Below are positions 52,740 to 64,000 of a DNA stretch of 64,000 bases, piece after piece. Each line of letters starts with the position of its first letter. Position 1 is the stretch's first letter. The translations under genes were made by a program, and so were the position numbers. Source of the stretch: Octopus sinensis (Eukaryota); NCBI RefSeq assembly GCF_006345805.1, contig NC_043016.1:22010001-22074000 (forward strand), given 5' to 3'. The notes under the pieces were generated by a model. The model was not told where the DNA came from, did no database searches, and saw only the letters and a program-made list of their open reading frames with translations.

Positions 52740-55007
52740 CATGATTGAAAAGGTGATTCAAAGTATTTTCTTTCATCTTTTTCTTAGGTGTCCTCAGTTG
52801 TATGGTGTCCAGTTTCATTGCCTCTATAATTCCATAAGGAGTAATCCTGTTTTTTTAGGAAACCTTTGAGTTCATTGAGTTGATTTTGATGTATTTTTGG
52901 ATCATCTACTATTGCATAGTTATCTGCTGCTGTATGCATGTCTGTTTTTTGTAAAATATAAACACTGTGACTGTGAAGTCACATATTTTTTTACATGAAT
53001 GTCTCAGAATGGTAGGTTATTATGATTGGTTTCTGTTGTGAATTTGATAGATAGGTGAAGGGTGTTCGGAATCATCATCGTCATTTAACATCTGTTGTCC
53101 ATGCTGGTATGGGTTGGACAGTTTGACCGGGGCTGACAAGCTGAGGGGCTGCACAGACACCTGTCTGATTTGGCATGGTTTCTATGGCTATATGTCCTTC
53201 CTCACACCAACCACTCCAAGAATGTTATTGAATATTTGTAGATCATCATATGATCTCAAAAATAAAGCAATCATCAAGGAAGTGCTTCTACTTTTCAATG
53301 ACTTATTTCTTGAAATTTTGGTCAAAAGTTTTCCTTACTTCTTCGTATAGTTTTTCTGCTAAAAAACCCATAACCAGGTTAGTATATGAGGGTGCAAATT
53401 TCATCTCTGTATCTGTAACCTTTATTTGTTGATATATATATATATATACACACACACTGTGCTTGAGGAGACCTATTGAGTCAAGTACATCAACATCAAA
53501 AGGAAATTGTAGATGTGATACCTGTGCTGGTGGCATGTAAAATGCACCATCCGAACATGGCCAATGCCAGCGCCACCTTGACTGGCTTCCATGCCAGTGG
53601 CACATAAAAAGCACCAACCGATCATAGCCATTGCCAGCCTCGCCTAGCACATAAAAAGCACCAACTACACTCATGGAGTGGTTGGCATTAGGAAGGGCAT
53701 CCAGCTGTAGAAACACTGCCAGATCAGACTGGAGCCTGGTGCAACTTCCTGGCTTCCCAGAGCCCAGTTGAACTGTCCAACCCATGCTAGCATGGATAAC
53801 AGACATTAAACGATGATGATGATGATGATAATTTACCATCAAAAGTTAAAGGTGTTCTCTAGTACCAGGCATGTGACCTTGATAATGATGTCTATTTTGA
53901 AATTTTTGTTTATCCTCTCTCTCTATGTATTTCTACCCAGTGTTTGATTACTTCCAGGTTCAAAGTCTAAGGTATACTAGTATAAAAGTTACTAACATCA
54001 AAGCTTGTATGGATAGTTCCATCTGGGACAGTGGATGAGCTGTATTTTTGTCTCATATATAGTTGGGTATTAACAGGCATAAGGTTTTAAAGAGTATATC
54101 AAAAAGATGACTTAGTCATTGTGTTGGAGATTGTGGCCCAGGTTTCAAATGGAGATCAGTGAGTCTTAATATTTTTTTGTATTGGTTCTTCTGTTCACTT
54201 ATGGCTCTCCTTATTTCTTAGCTTTTGTGGTTCTTAGGTAATTCATAGAAATTACTCTCTTTAATTTCAGTGTTACTTAAGTAGTTTATATCTTTATCTG
54301 TGGAGTCTGGGTATTTGTTAATTAATGTTCTGACTATAATTCAAGATGTCGATTTTGTTTTAGTTATTATTTTGAAAGCATCTCTCTCTCTCTTTCTTTC
54401 AGTGCAATCACTCTAAAAGAACCTGATAAGGGTGGGATGATAATGAATATGCCTCTTTATGGACAGAGGCTATCATAAAGACAAAAATATTGAAACATCT
54501 AACAGACCAAAACTACTAAAAAGAAGAAACAAGAAATTTAAAAAAAAAACAATAATGAATAAAGTCAGAACATTAATTAACAAATACCCAGACTCCACAG
54601 ATAATGATATGAACTACTTAAGTAACACTGAAATTAAAGAGAGTAAATTCTATGAATTACCTAAGATCAGTGAGTCTTAATATTTTTTGTATTGGTTCTT
54701 GTTCACTTATGGCTCTCCTTATTTCTTAGCTTTTGTGGTTCTTAGGTAATTCATAGAAATTACTCTCTTTAATTTCAGTGTTACTTAAGTAGTTTATATC
54801 TTTATCTGTGGAGTCTGGGTATTTGTTAATTAATGTTCTGACTTTATTCATTATTGTTTTTTTTTTGTTTTGTTTTTTAAATTTCTTGTTTCTTCCTTTT
54901 AGTAGTTTTGGTCTGTTAGATGTTTCAATATTTTTGTCTTTATGATAGCCTCTGTCCATATTCATTATCATCCCACCCATATCAGGTTATTTTAGAGTGA
55001 TTGCACT

Positions 55008-55046
<39 letters not shown>

Positions 55047-55090
55047 TTTCAAAATAATAACTAAAACAAAATCGACATCTTGAATTGTCA
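52740..55090 (-). mobile_element. Penelope-like element RT (degenerate), with nested RTE tails and an internal duplication-inversion
   Basis: Minus-strand motifs in PLE order: DRGYH...FYELPKNHKS, PGPQSPT..LSH, SFDVSNFYTSIP, YQQIK...FAPSYTNLVMG...FLDDCFI and NTLHLSIKFT..LPF. Interrupted by RTE tails at ~53073-53220 (-) and ~53455-53832 (+). Confidence 0.82.
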
Positions 55091-55229
55091 ACAGCTGTAT
55101 AGCAACTGACCATAATACAATACAATTTCAACCATCTCAATAAAAAGACCTCTTTCTCTCTTTTTTTCATTGCTTCTTTCATTTTTTCTTTCTTATTTTT
55201 CTCTTTTTTCTCTCTGTAACTAAGCACAC

Positions 55230-55260
<31 letters not shown>

Positions 55261-55466
55261 TATACATATATACATAGCCACTACACATTCTTTATTTTCT
55301 CTCCTTGTTTCTTTCTGTGTTCCTTTCTGTGGAAGACTGTAGGCTCGAATTGTTAAAGACTTTTTCACTTCCCCAGCATTAAACTAATACATCTGTTTGT
55401 TGTCTACACCACCTGTCTTTGTCTTTTGTTTTTTTGTGAATTCTCCCTATATATATATATATATAT

Positions 55467-55498
<32 letters not shown>

Positions 55499-55747
55499 AT
55501 ATATATACACATATATATACATATATATAGTTATGGTTTATATATACATATATATATAGTTATGGTTTATTCTGTTCACATAATAGAGTACATTATAAAG
55601 CTTGTCCACTTTCAGATTTCAACCTGTGCTTTCCAGTATTAGTATTATACATACTTCCAGACTTGCATTTGGGCATCTGCCATTTGTGAATAGATAATTG
55701 AAAAAATTGGAGTCAGCAAGAAGGGGTATGGTTGGACATTTAGTTTC

Positions 55748-55855
55748 TATCACTACAATTGTTTCCATGCAACATAGTTCTCCAGGCATGCAGGTACTTG
55801 GTTATGCAACTGTTTCCCTGCATTATGAGATCTAGTTGTGTTTCTTCAGGCAATA
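55748..55855 (-). ncRNA. Type I hammerhead-like motif with extended stem II (left arm of the fold-back)
   Basis: Minus strand TATTGC-CTGAAGA-N77-GAAA-CAATTG-TA-GTGATA. Stem I holds through two G-U pairs, and N77 folds as nested CAAC/GTTG, TAG/CTA, TCTC/GAGA and TGCAGG/CCTGCA. Confidence 0.62.
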
Positions 55856-56271
55856 TGTAAATATTTTCTCCATAAGTTCAAATTCTCGGCTTCAAGAACA
55901 TCCCCTCTGTCCGCTGTGCCTGCATTTAGTAGCAATCACTGAGTTTATCAAGTGTGTTGTTGTTGAAGGACCAATGACAAACTGCTTTGAATGTATAGAT
56001 GTAGTGAGATAGTGATTCTGCTACTGTTAAAGTGGTTGCTGCTTTAAAGGGATTACAAAGAAATCAAATGTTAATCCCTTTAAAACGGTAACCCCTTTAA
56101 CAGTACCAGAATTACCATCCCACTACATCTACACATTCAAAGCAGTTTATCAACAGTCCTTCAACAAAACACACCTTGATAAACTCAGTGATTACTTCTA
56201 AATTCAGGCACAATGGACAGAGGAGATATTCTTGAAGCCAAGAATTTGAACTTATGGAAACAATACTTACA

Positions 56272-56379
56272 TATCACCTGAGGAAACACAACTAGATCTC
56301 ATAATGCAGGGAAACTGTTGCATAATCAAGTATCTGCACACCAGGAGAATTACATTGCTTGGAAACAATTGTAGTGATA
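56272..56379 (+). ncRNA. Type I hammerhead-like motif with extended stem II (right arm of the fold-back)
   Basis: TATCAC-CTGAGGA-N77-GAAA-CAATTG-TA-GTGATA: 6-bp stem I, intact core and GUA triplet. AATAAA follows at 56383. The core-proximal stem II pair is not canonical. Confidence 0.6.
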
Positions 56380-57949
56380 GAAAATAAATGTCCAACCGTA
56401 CTCCTTCTTAGGCTTTGTGCCATTTTGAATACATCCTGGAAAAACATCTTAGTAAAGAAAGATTGCACAATAAGTTTCCTAAAGTATTAAGCACTGTTAG
56501 AAAAGAATAATTTGCTTTACTGGACATTTAAATAAATAAAGGAGAAATAATGAGGAACTGGTGGAGGACACCCTAATTTGAACATTTCAACATGGTCAGA
56601 AATCACATAGGTTGCACTGTAGTCAATTAACAGATGATTCTGGCTGTAACTGAGGGGATTTATTGTCATGGAAGATAGAAATAGGTGAAGGATATAAGGG
56701 TCATGCAAATCTGAACAAGTTCAACCTAATGATGATGATGATGATGAAGATAGAATACACATACACACAATATATACATACAGGCATAAGCATGACTGTG
56801 TGGTTTAAGAAGCTTGTTTCCCAATCATGTGGTCTTAGGTTCAATCTCATAGCACTGCGTCTTCAGTAAATCTTTTCTAACATAGCCCTGGGCTGACCAA
56901 AGCCTTGAGTGGATTTGGTATACAGAAATAAAAATAAGCCAGCATATATGTTTGTGTGTGTGTATGTACTCTTATTTGACATCATATGATAACTGTAAAC
57001 AAGCATCACCATCATACAAACAAATATTACTTTGCTTGGAAAGGCATACAACTGTAAAAAATCTTTTTCAACAAATTTTATCTGATGGAAAAAGTGGGTG
57101 TTTAATAATGTTGATAATGATGATGATCTTACATGCATACACGCAGACATACAATCGGTAGCTGAATGGTTGAGAAGTTTTCTTTTCAGTTACAAGATCA
57201 AGGACTTGATCTATCTGCTTGGCATGTTGAACAATGTCTACCTCATTCTATGTGAGTGGCATTGTTGGAAACCTTTTGGATGGATTTGACCTGTAATTCA
57301 AAGATCCAGTCTTGTTATTCTCTCCTACGGATCTTAATGTAGAATCACATCAAGGGTCTGTGGAATTCTCTGTCACATATATTTATTCAATGAGCTTGAT
57401 AATTCACTTGAACAAACAACTGAAAACTCATGATCAGAAAATTCTAACAAAGATTCAAGTGTGTGTGCGCATGCGTGTGTGTGTGTTATTAACTGATGTT
57501 TCTGTTTGTAGTGGAATACAAAATTTCATAAACACATTTTCTCTTCTCTAGCTCACTGTCATTTCTTTGAGTTCAACACACAGCTGACATTGTACCATTT
57601 TTAAGATCTGGTCTTTGGTTTCTCCTTCCTGGTAGTATATCCTCTGGACAGTATTAGACCACGAAATGAATGCTTGATGTAGGCAATTAGTTTTAAGAAT
57701 TGCTTTTTAACATTACTAAAAATTTATTATAGTTGTGTAATTTCTCATTGATTTACTATTTTAATCCTGTAGTTAGGTGTTCAGTACTATTAAATCTCAT
57801 AATGTAGTTTTGAAATGCTTCAATTTTTGAAGTTGTCTATTCAGAGTAGGTGATACATATATATATGTATATTAACTTTGACTTTAATTGAAATTATATT
57901 GAACACAGTAGCTCTTAAAGATATAGAACGGGTGCCAAAACTTCAACTT

Positions 57950-58530
57950 GAACTAAATATCTGTTTCTAACTGCTTCTTCTCACTGATGACCTTAGTGAC
58001 ATAGACAACCTCTCAGAAAACATAATCTTTGAATAGATTTCATCAGTAAAAGCTGTCATTCCACCTGAGAGAAAGCATTACCAAGAACGAGTGTCAAATG
58101 AAACTAAAACAGTTATAGAAAACAAGGTTATTAGAAAGTCATATAGTGACACTGAGTACAAAGTAGCTAAAGCTAAAACAAAGAGGCTTGTTAAGAAAGG
58201 TAAACTCTTCAAACTCATAAGAGATTATAAGCTTAGTCAGCTACCACCAAGTAAACAATTCTTTCTTAGTATTGAAAGAAATGAATTTTAAGCAACATTC
58301 CATTTGCTGGGAGATCAAATGTAAAGATGGTGTTGTCTTAATAAATAGGGATGATATCCTTGAAAATTGAGGAACATTCTGTAAAAATATTTGCTGATAT
58401 ATTCTTCACACAACAACCAAACAGTAAACTTAACATTATAGCAATATTATCAGAGGTAAATCTATTGCTTGTATCAAAAAAGGATACAGCGCTGGCTTTC
58501 ATAATGTTTGTGTTAAATTTCTCCTACCTG
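57950..58530 (+). mobile_element. Degenerate RTE LINE linker fragment
   Basis: SNETKTVIENKVIRKSYSDTEYKVAKAKTKRLVKKGK resembles the RTE linker (W.S.ET...EYK..K..K..VK.DK). Confidence 0.5.
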
Positions 58531-58541
58531 CCTCTCAGACA

Positions 58542-59511
58542 TATATCTTGATATCGCTAGTGATAACAATACGCAAAATATATAATAGACTGGAATTGTT
58601 AGCCTGTCTCTTGTAATTTCAATCAATTGTGTCTTGTCCTCCCTCTTGTATAGAAGTGTGGCTACAATCCAGCCTACTTCTACTTCGGGGGGGGGGGGTA
58701 TTTAAAATTTTTTTTCAGGACGTCCTACGTCCCAGATATAAAGGTAAAAATAAAATATTTCCACTTTGCAAGTTCAAGTCGAGTACTCCCTTGCACGCTC
58801 CGTTGACTCGAACCTTGCTTCTATTGTGGCGAATTTACCGCCTCTGATTAGATATCTTTCATAGTCGCACCAAGACACTTTTCGAAGGTGCTTTCCTCCA
58901 TCTGTTCAAATCTTCTTTTTTCTCTACATTGTATACTTTATAGACAATAGTCTTTTCTTTAATTTAATTTTTTATTATCCATCTGGACTATTCCATTTCT
59001 GCACGCTAATTTTATTTTTAATTTATTCCCATTCATGTGAAACCACTTATTCAAGTTCAAATCATTGATGCAATTTTATACCAATTGCTATTTTAACTTT
59101 TGTCATGCTACTTTAGTTTGATTTTAATTATTACTTACTACATGTAATTCAATTGTTATTATTATTTTTATTGTTAAAGTGAAAGTATCTGACATAAAAT
59201 AGAGAAACGTTTTTGTTTCACTTTTAACACGTAATACTGAAATAGTGGAGAAGATATGATATTGCTATGGGCTCGCTCTAGGCAAGAAGTTGAACATTTT
59301 TTTTTGCCCATGAAACTACATGGACCCTAAGTAAGGCATGTATAAAATTTGAATGGAATTGGTTGTGTAGTTCTCAAGTTTTAGGGAATCGTAGTGGAGA
59401 AGATATGATATTGCTATGGGCTCGCTCTAGGCAAGAAGTTGAACATTTTTTTTGCCGATGTCACTCCCCGGACCCTAAGTAAGGCATGTGTAAAATTTGA
59501 ATGAAATTGGT
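58542..59511 (-). mobile_element. Helitron family B, internal copy lacking both termini
   Basis: Colinear and highly similar to 37364-38345, including the G-run and the ~145-bp tandem units. Confidence 0.85.
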
Positions 59512-60002
59512 ACCTACATATATATGTATATTTACATGCATATATGGGTACAGGACATAAAAAAAACGTTGAACACAATAAGAAACATAAACATAAAAAC
59601 GAAAACATAGAAATTAACCTTTTTTTGAACAACATAAAAAACAAACAGAGAAACGAGACATACAACATAAAGAATATTCCCCTTCTTCAGTTGTCCCTGT
59701 TTCATCTGCTCCACGTTTCAAAGGTAAGGACAAGACGCAACTTCATTGAAACAGTCCTTCCTGCAAAGCAATAAATTTTTTTGTGGAGGTGGGGAAAGTG
59801 GTAACAAGAACCGGACAGTGAGAACAAAACAGTAAAAAGAGCAGGAAAGTGAGAACAAAACAGTAAAAACATATGGTGAAGGCTGTTAAGCCGAGACGAT
59901 AGAAAAAATATTTTTGAACGCATAGGCTTGAAATGTAAAAGACTTTCTCACCTTCCCGGGTGTTAAACTAAAGATATAAATGGTATATAAGGTATATAAT
60001 AC

Positions 60003-60245
60003 AGGCTTAGTGGTTAGGGTGTCAGCATCATGATCGTAAGATTGTGATTTCGATTCCTGGACGGGGCGATGTGTTGTGTTCTTGAGCAAAACGCTTCATT
60101 TCATGTTGCTCCAATCCACTCAGCTGGCAAAAATGAGTAACGCTGCGATGGACTGGCGTCCCGTCCAGCTGGGGGACACATATGCCATAGAAACTGGGAA
60201 ACCGGGCCCACAAGCCTGGCTAGGCTTTAAAAGGGCGCATTTATT
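60003..60245 (+). mobile_element. tRNA-SINE with a V/Meta-like central domain
   Basis: ggcttagtggttagg A-box, gatttcgattcc B-box-like sequence and ctgcgatggactggcgtcccgtccag central block. Confidence 0.7.
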
Positions 60246-60312
60246 TATTATTATATATATGTATATATATGTATAGATATATATGTGTATAAGATATATA
60301 TATATATGTATA

Positions 60313-60349
<37 letters not shown>

Positions 60350-60382
60350 AGATATATATATATATGTATATGTATTTATAAG

Positions 60383-60414
<32 letters not shown>

Positions 60415-60496
60415 TTATAAGATATATATATATGTATATGTATTTATAAGATATATATATGTATATGTATGTATAAGATATATATATATATCTCAT

Positions 60497-60527
<31 letters not shown>

Positions 60528-60808
60528 AACATTTTAAAATCCACTTCTCCATGCTTGCCGAAACTTATAGAGGCAGATGTTTGAAAGTCAGAGGCTCTTC
60601 TTGTCACCAACCCTCACTTATTTCCAAACAAAGTGATATTCCCCCAGTCTTTCAAACATTGAACAGATAATCACTTGCCTTGTTTCTGTGGAAGAGTGTA
60701 AACAAATAACGCTGCTTGTATACACAGTGTCTTCATTTTCAGTCTGAACGCTAAACCTCAAGAAAAAGGGAAAACACAAACACAGCCCCACCCATGCACA
60801 CATACACA

Positions 60809-60862
<54 letters not shown>

Positions 60863-61349
60863 GAGGAGCTTCTTACAGTTTCTATCTTTTGATTTTGATC
60901 ACTAGTTAAAGATTGTTTAAAGTGTCATTCTAAACATATGTTGTAACAAGCAGAATAATGTAATTAATGAAAAAATATTTTGATGCAGCAATAATTTGTA
61001 GTGTTTTTTTATACTCAATCGACAGTTAATAGTTTGTAATTAAGTAAAGCAGTTGCTAAAATTGTGACAGCTAAGCGAACTGATTGTTAAAATTGTAGCA
61101 GCTTGCCATTGTTTATGCGTGGTTGTGTGTGTGTGAGGAGAGAGAGTATTTCTTGTTTGTGCTTGTTTCACAAATACTTGATGTAAAATTAAATGTTGAA
61201 GCAGATATTGTTCTTTGAGAATGTCCTTCTGCAAAAAAAAAAAAAGTACACATGCTGGTTGTAATTCACTTTCATCCATTTTCTCTACCTACAATTCCTG
61301 GGAGGGTTGTGGAGGTAAGGTCTTCAGGTGCCTCCTTCATTGGGCCCTA

Positions 61350-61640
61350 TCAGAAGTAACTCTCATTACACTTTCCTGCTAGTTTCTCAGGTGGGACCAA
61401 CTGAGACTATGGATATTATCTAACACCTCATTTTTAGTCTGCTCCCAGGTCTCCTACTGGTTGGCTTGAAGAATCCATTTTGCAGTTCTTTCCTGTGACA
61501 TTCTAATCACATGTCCATAGTACTGGAGCTGTGATCTCTCAATACAGAGAGGTAATGGTTCAATCTGAAAAGACTCCCTGATCTCTGAACTACACACTAT
61601 TAAATAACATTGCTCTGGAGACACTTTGGAAGAACCCCAT
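61350..61640 (-). mobile_element. RTE/Rex3-like LINE C-terminal fragment
   Basis: Minus strand LCIERSQLQYYGHVIRMSQERTAKWILQA...LSWSHL. Confidence 0.65.
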
Positions 61641-63011
61641 TTTGGCTTCTTGAATTCACAGTCATACTTTTAACCTGTTAGATAATAAATTTATTGTATG
61701 TTGTTGTGAGGGTTTTGCCTTGTAAATAAGTTTAATATAATGGGGAAAAAAACAACAATTTTAACAATGGAGAGGAGACATTCAAAGGCTGTTCATGGAA
61801 AACCCCCATTATGAGTGTCCTGACTTTTGAGGAAGGTGCCTTTTCTCATTTCCTCTTCTCCAATTACAGATGTCCGTTCAGGGCAGGCCCATTCACTTAC
61901 ACCATTCTTGTCACTCTCATCTACCTTTCAGCAAAATGGCTAGAAGGCAACACTTCCCTCCCTATCCTTATTTTCCTCAAGTGATATCTGAATAAGTTGA
62001 TCAGGGGTTGGCCAAATTATTTTTAGTTTTAAATTATACTCATGGAGTAATCTAGAGGTATATCTAACTTTTGAGGAAAAGAAAGAGAGAGGGAGAGAAG
62101 TACTGTTTCACACAGAGTAATATAGGAACAAGACGAAAGGGAAACATAAAACAGGAGCAAATAAGTGTAACAATAGCAAAGAGAAACAGAAGCAAGAAAT
62201 CCTAGTGAACTGTCTGACTAGCAAGTTAAAGAACTGGTGAGACAAAAGAGAGAAAAGTTTTTTTTTTTTTTGAGACTGAGAGTGTCTAACAACATGTATA
62301 AGAGAAAGGAGGAAATAGTTTTCAGGTCACCTTCAGTTTAGCAAACTTTCAACAATAATGGATACACTTTCTTTCCCATTAGTCCATAAAATGGAGAGTT
62401 TGCTTTTGTTCTGTATTGTCTTCTAATTATTATTAAGTTTCCCATCTTTCCATGTATACTCTTATGAAATGACAGTTATCTCCATTAAATTATTTATATA
62501 TCTTCATATTTTTTGTTTTCACTCTCCACTGTTTATTTTAATAGTTCATGTCTGATTTAGTCTTTTCCTTCTTAGTGCACAATTTTTCCGTGCCTATGTG
62601 AGTAATTGGTTTACACAACGATCAATGCCATCACCATAAAGGAGGTGTTCAGCAAAGAAACTAAATTCTCTGATATGAGATGAAACCAACAACAACAATC
62701 ACACACACACACACACATACATACAAACACACATACACACACATATACATACATACATTCACATACGGACATATATAAATATACACACATGTACAAATAT
62801 AAATACACACATACACACAGAAAAAAATGTATGTATTTATTATTGACAATTTTTGCATGCCTTAAGAGACAAGTAATAGATTTGTTATCAAGAAAGGCAT
62901 CCAACGATGAAACTGTTGTCTCAAAAAGTCCTAGCCAGCATACAAAAATACACATAAAAGCTATGATTTTCATTATATCTAGTGTTATATTATATGTGTG
63001 CTTTTTTTAAA

Positions 63012-63122
63012 AATCAGACTGGGCCTGGCGCAGCCTTCTGGCTTCCCAGACCCCAGTTGAACCGTCCAACCCATGCTAGCATGGAAAACGGACGTTAAAC
63101 GATGATGGTGATGATGATGATG
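63012..63122 (+). mobile_element. Short RTE 3' tail
   Basis: cagccttctggcttcccagacccc...ggacgttaaac(gat)n. Similar tails occur at ~29815-30030, ~30480-30545 and ~51430-51720. Confidence 0.8.
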
Positions 63123-63604
63123 TACAAAAGTATCTGAGAAGTAAACAATAATTTCCTGTATTATTTTTGTAATTTTAAAAACTCCTTTTTCTTTTAACTT
63201 TATGCAGAGTATGAGAGTGACTTCACTTTCCATGCTTGAGTGCACAGGTTATTTTTTTAGCTTTCCATACAAAATGCACCTCCAACTGTAGTAGAGTATG
63301 AGTCAAGGGAGGAATTTGGCTGTTATTTCCAGCTGATTGAACAACTACACAGAGGTTCCCCTCATTGGAAGCAGATGTCTGACACAAATTAGCACCAGAC
63401 TAATTGCATTGAATTTTTTTTATAAATTCTATTTCTCTGATCAAATTAAAATATGTTTAGGTTTTGTAGAGCACGTCAGTCTTTATGCATCTGTGTATGT
63501 TCACATCTGGGGAAGATTTTGTTGCTGTTTCAAACATTTCAAACATATCAATTAATCACAAGGAGATTTGGCAAATGGAAAATGGAAGACGAGAATTTAT
63601 TATT

Positions 63605-63710
63605 AATCACAATTGTTTCAACATATCCAGCATTGATCCCTCACATTTGGGACACTCAACTAGTGGTTCAGGAGTATCCGGTGGTGCAGATGTATCTCAT
63701 CAGGTGATAG
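63605..63710 (-). ncRNA. Hammerhead-like motif with 77-nt stem II and deleted cleavage triplet
   Basis: Minus strand CTATCAC-CTGATGA-N77-GAAA-CAATT[GTA missing]GTGAT; same stem I, stem III and spacer length as the fold-back copies. Confidence 0.55.
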
Positions 63711-64000
63711 ATAGACACAACTCATTAAAATAACAGTCCCACAAGGTAACTCATCATTTTGTAGAAAGAAAAGCAGCTAGACGGAGGAAATGTCTTCATT
63801 TACATAGAAGATCAAAAATAAAATCACAGATAGAAAAAAGAGAAACAAATAATGGAGTTGGGACTGCCTTATATACAAATAAATACGATAAATGCTCATA
63901 CTAGGAAAAATCAAAATGTCCATTTATGAATCTCTGTATGAGTACAAATTTTGTATATAAATATACTGTGCACACAATGTTTACATTTGGCAGATGGTTG

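Larger units (their letters stand above)
55718..56409. repeat. 692-bp imperfect fold-back (arms ~338 bp, 16-nt loop)
   Basis: 55718-56055 is the reverse complement of 56072-56409. Centre tttaaagggatta-N16-taatccctttaaa; ends aagaaggggtatggttgga / tccaaccgtactccttctt. Confidence 0.92.

Noticed and set aside
55324-55360. CTGTGGA-agactgtaggctc-GAAT motif (related pieces at ~59910 and ~60686)
   Set aside because: Probably ribozyme-derived, but both core halves are mutated; too degenerate to call.
57555-57730. Possible isolated exon on either strand (e.g. minus YYQEGETKDQILKMVQCQLC; plus VYPLDSIR)
   Set aside because: Short open frames on both strands with no recognisable family and no partner exon. 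It cannot be supported without RNA-seq or TBLASTN.
63453-63733. Possible coding exon (ORFs of 82-84 aa with an upstream AG)
   Set aside because: No recognisable homology, and the segment is better explained as the reverse strand of a hammerhead-bearing terminal repeat.

Overview
AT-rich, microsatellite-dense eukaryotic genomic DNA. It is almost certainly a coleoid cephalopod (Octopus-like), inferred from the tRNA-SINE and RTE-tail repeat families; no database was searched. One host gene is supported: the first two coding exons, on the minus strand, of a serine beta-lactamase/PBP-like (SxxK) hydrolase. Exon 1 is ~14904-13279, a 13.1-kb intron follows, and exon 2 is 170-<1. Exon 1 appears to encode a signal peptide and a ~450-aa Asn/Ser/Lys-rich disordered region before the catalytic domain, but only if two single-base homopolymer frameshifts are corrected. 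The rest of the window is layered transposon debris: R4/Dong-type and other RLE LINEs, many RTE fragments and 3' tails, a CR1-like 3' end, Penelope-like elements (PLEs; RT and GIY-YIG), tRNA-derived SINEs, two non-autonomous Helitron families, two Tc1/mariner relics and a hAT MITE with an intact 8-bp TSD. The main signal not captured by the ORF track is a set of type I hammerhead-ribozyme motifs whose stem III is always a 6-nt palindrome (CAGCTG, CAATTG, CGATCG, CATATG). Two of them sit in opposite polarity inside a 692-bp fold-back, and three share a 77-nt extended stem II. The window also has six long inverted duplications and a higher-order satellite that grew inside an RTE 3' UTR. Almost all short ORFs in the track are microsatellite or TE artefacts. 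Boundaries of degenerate TE fragments are approximate.
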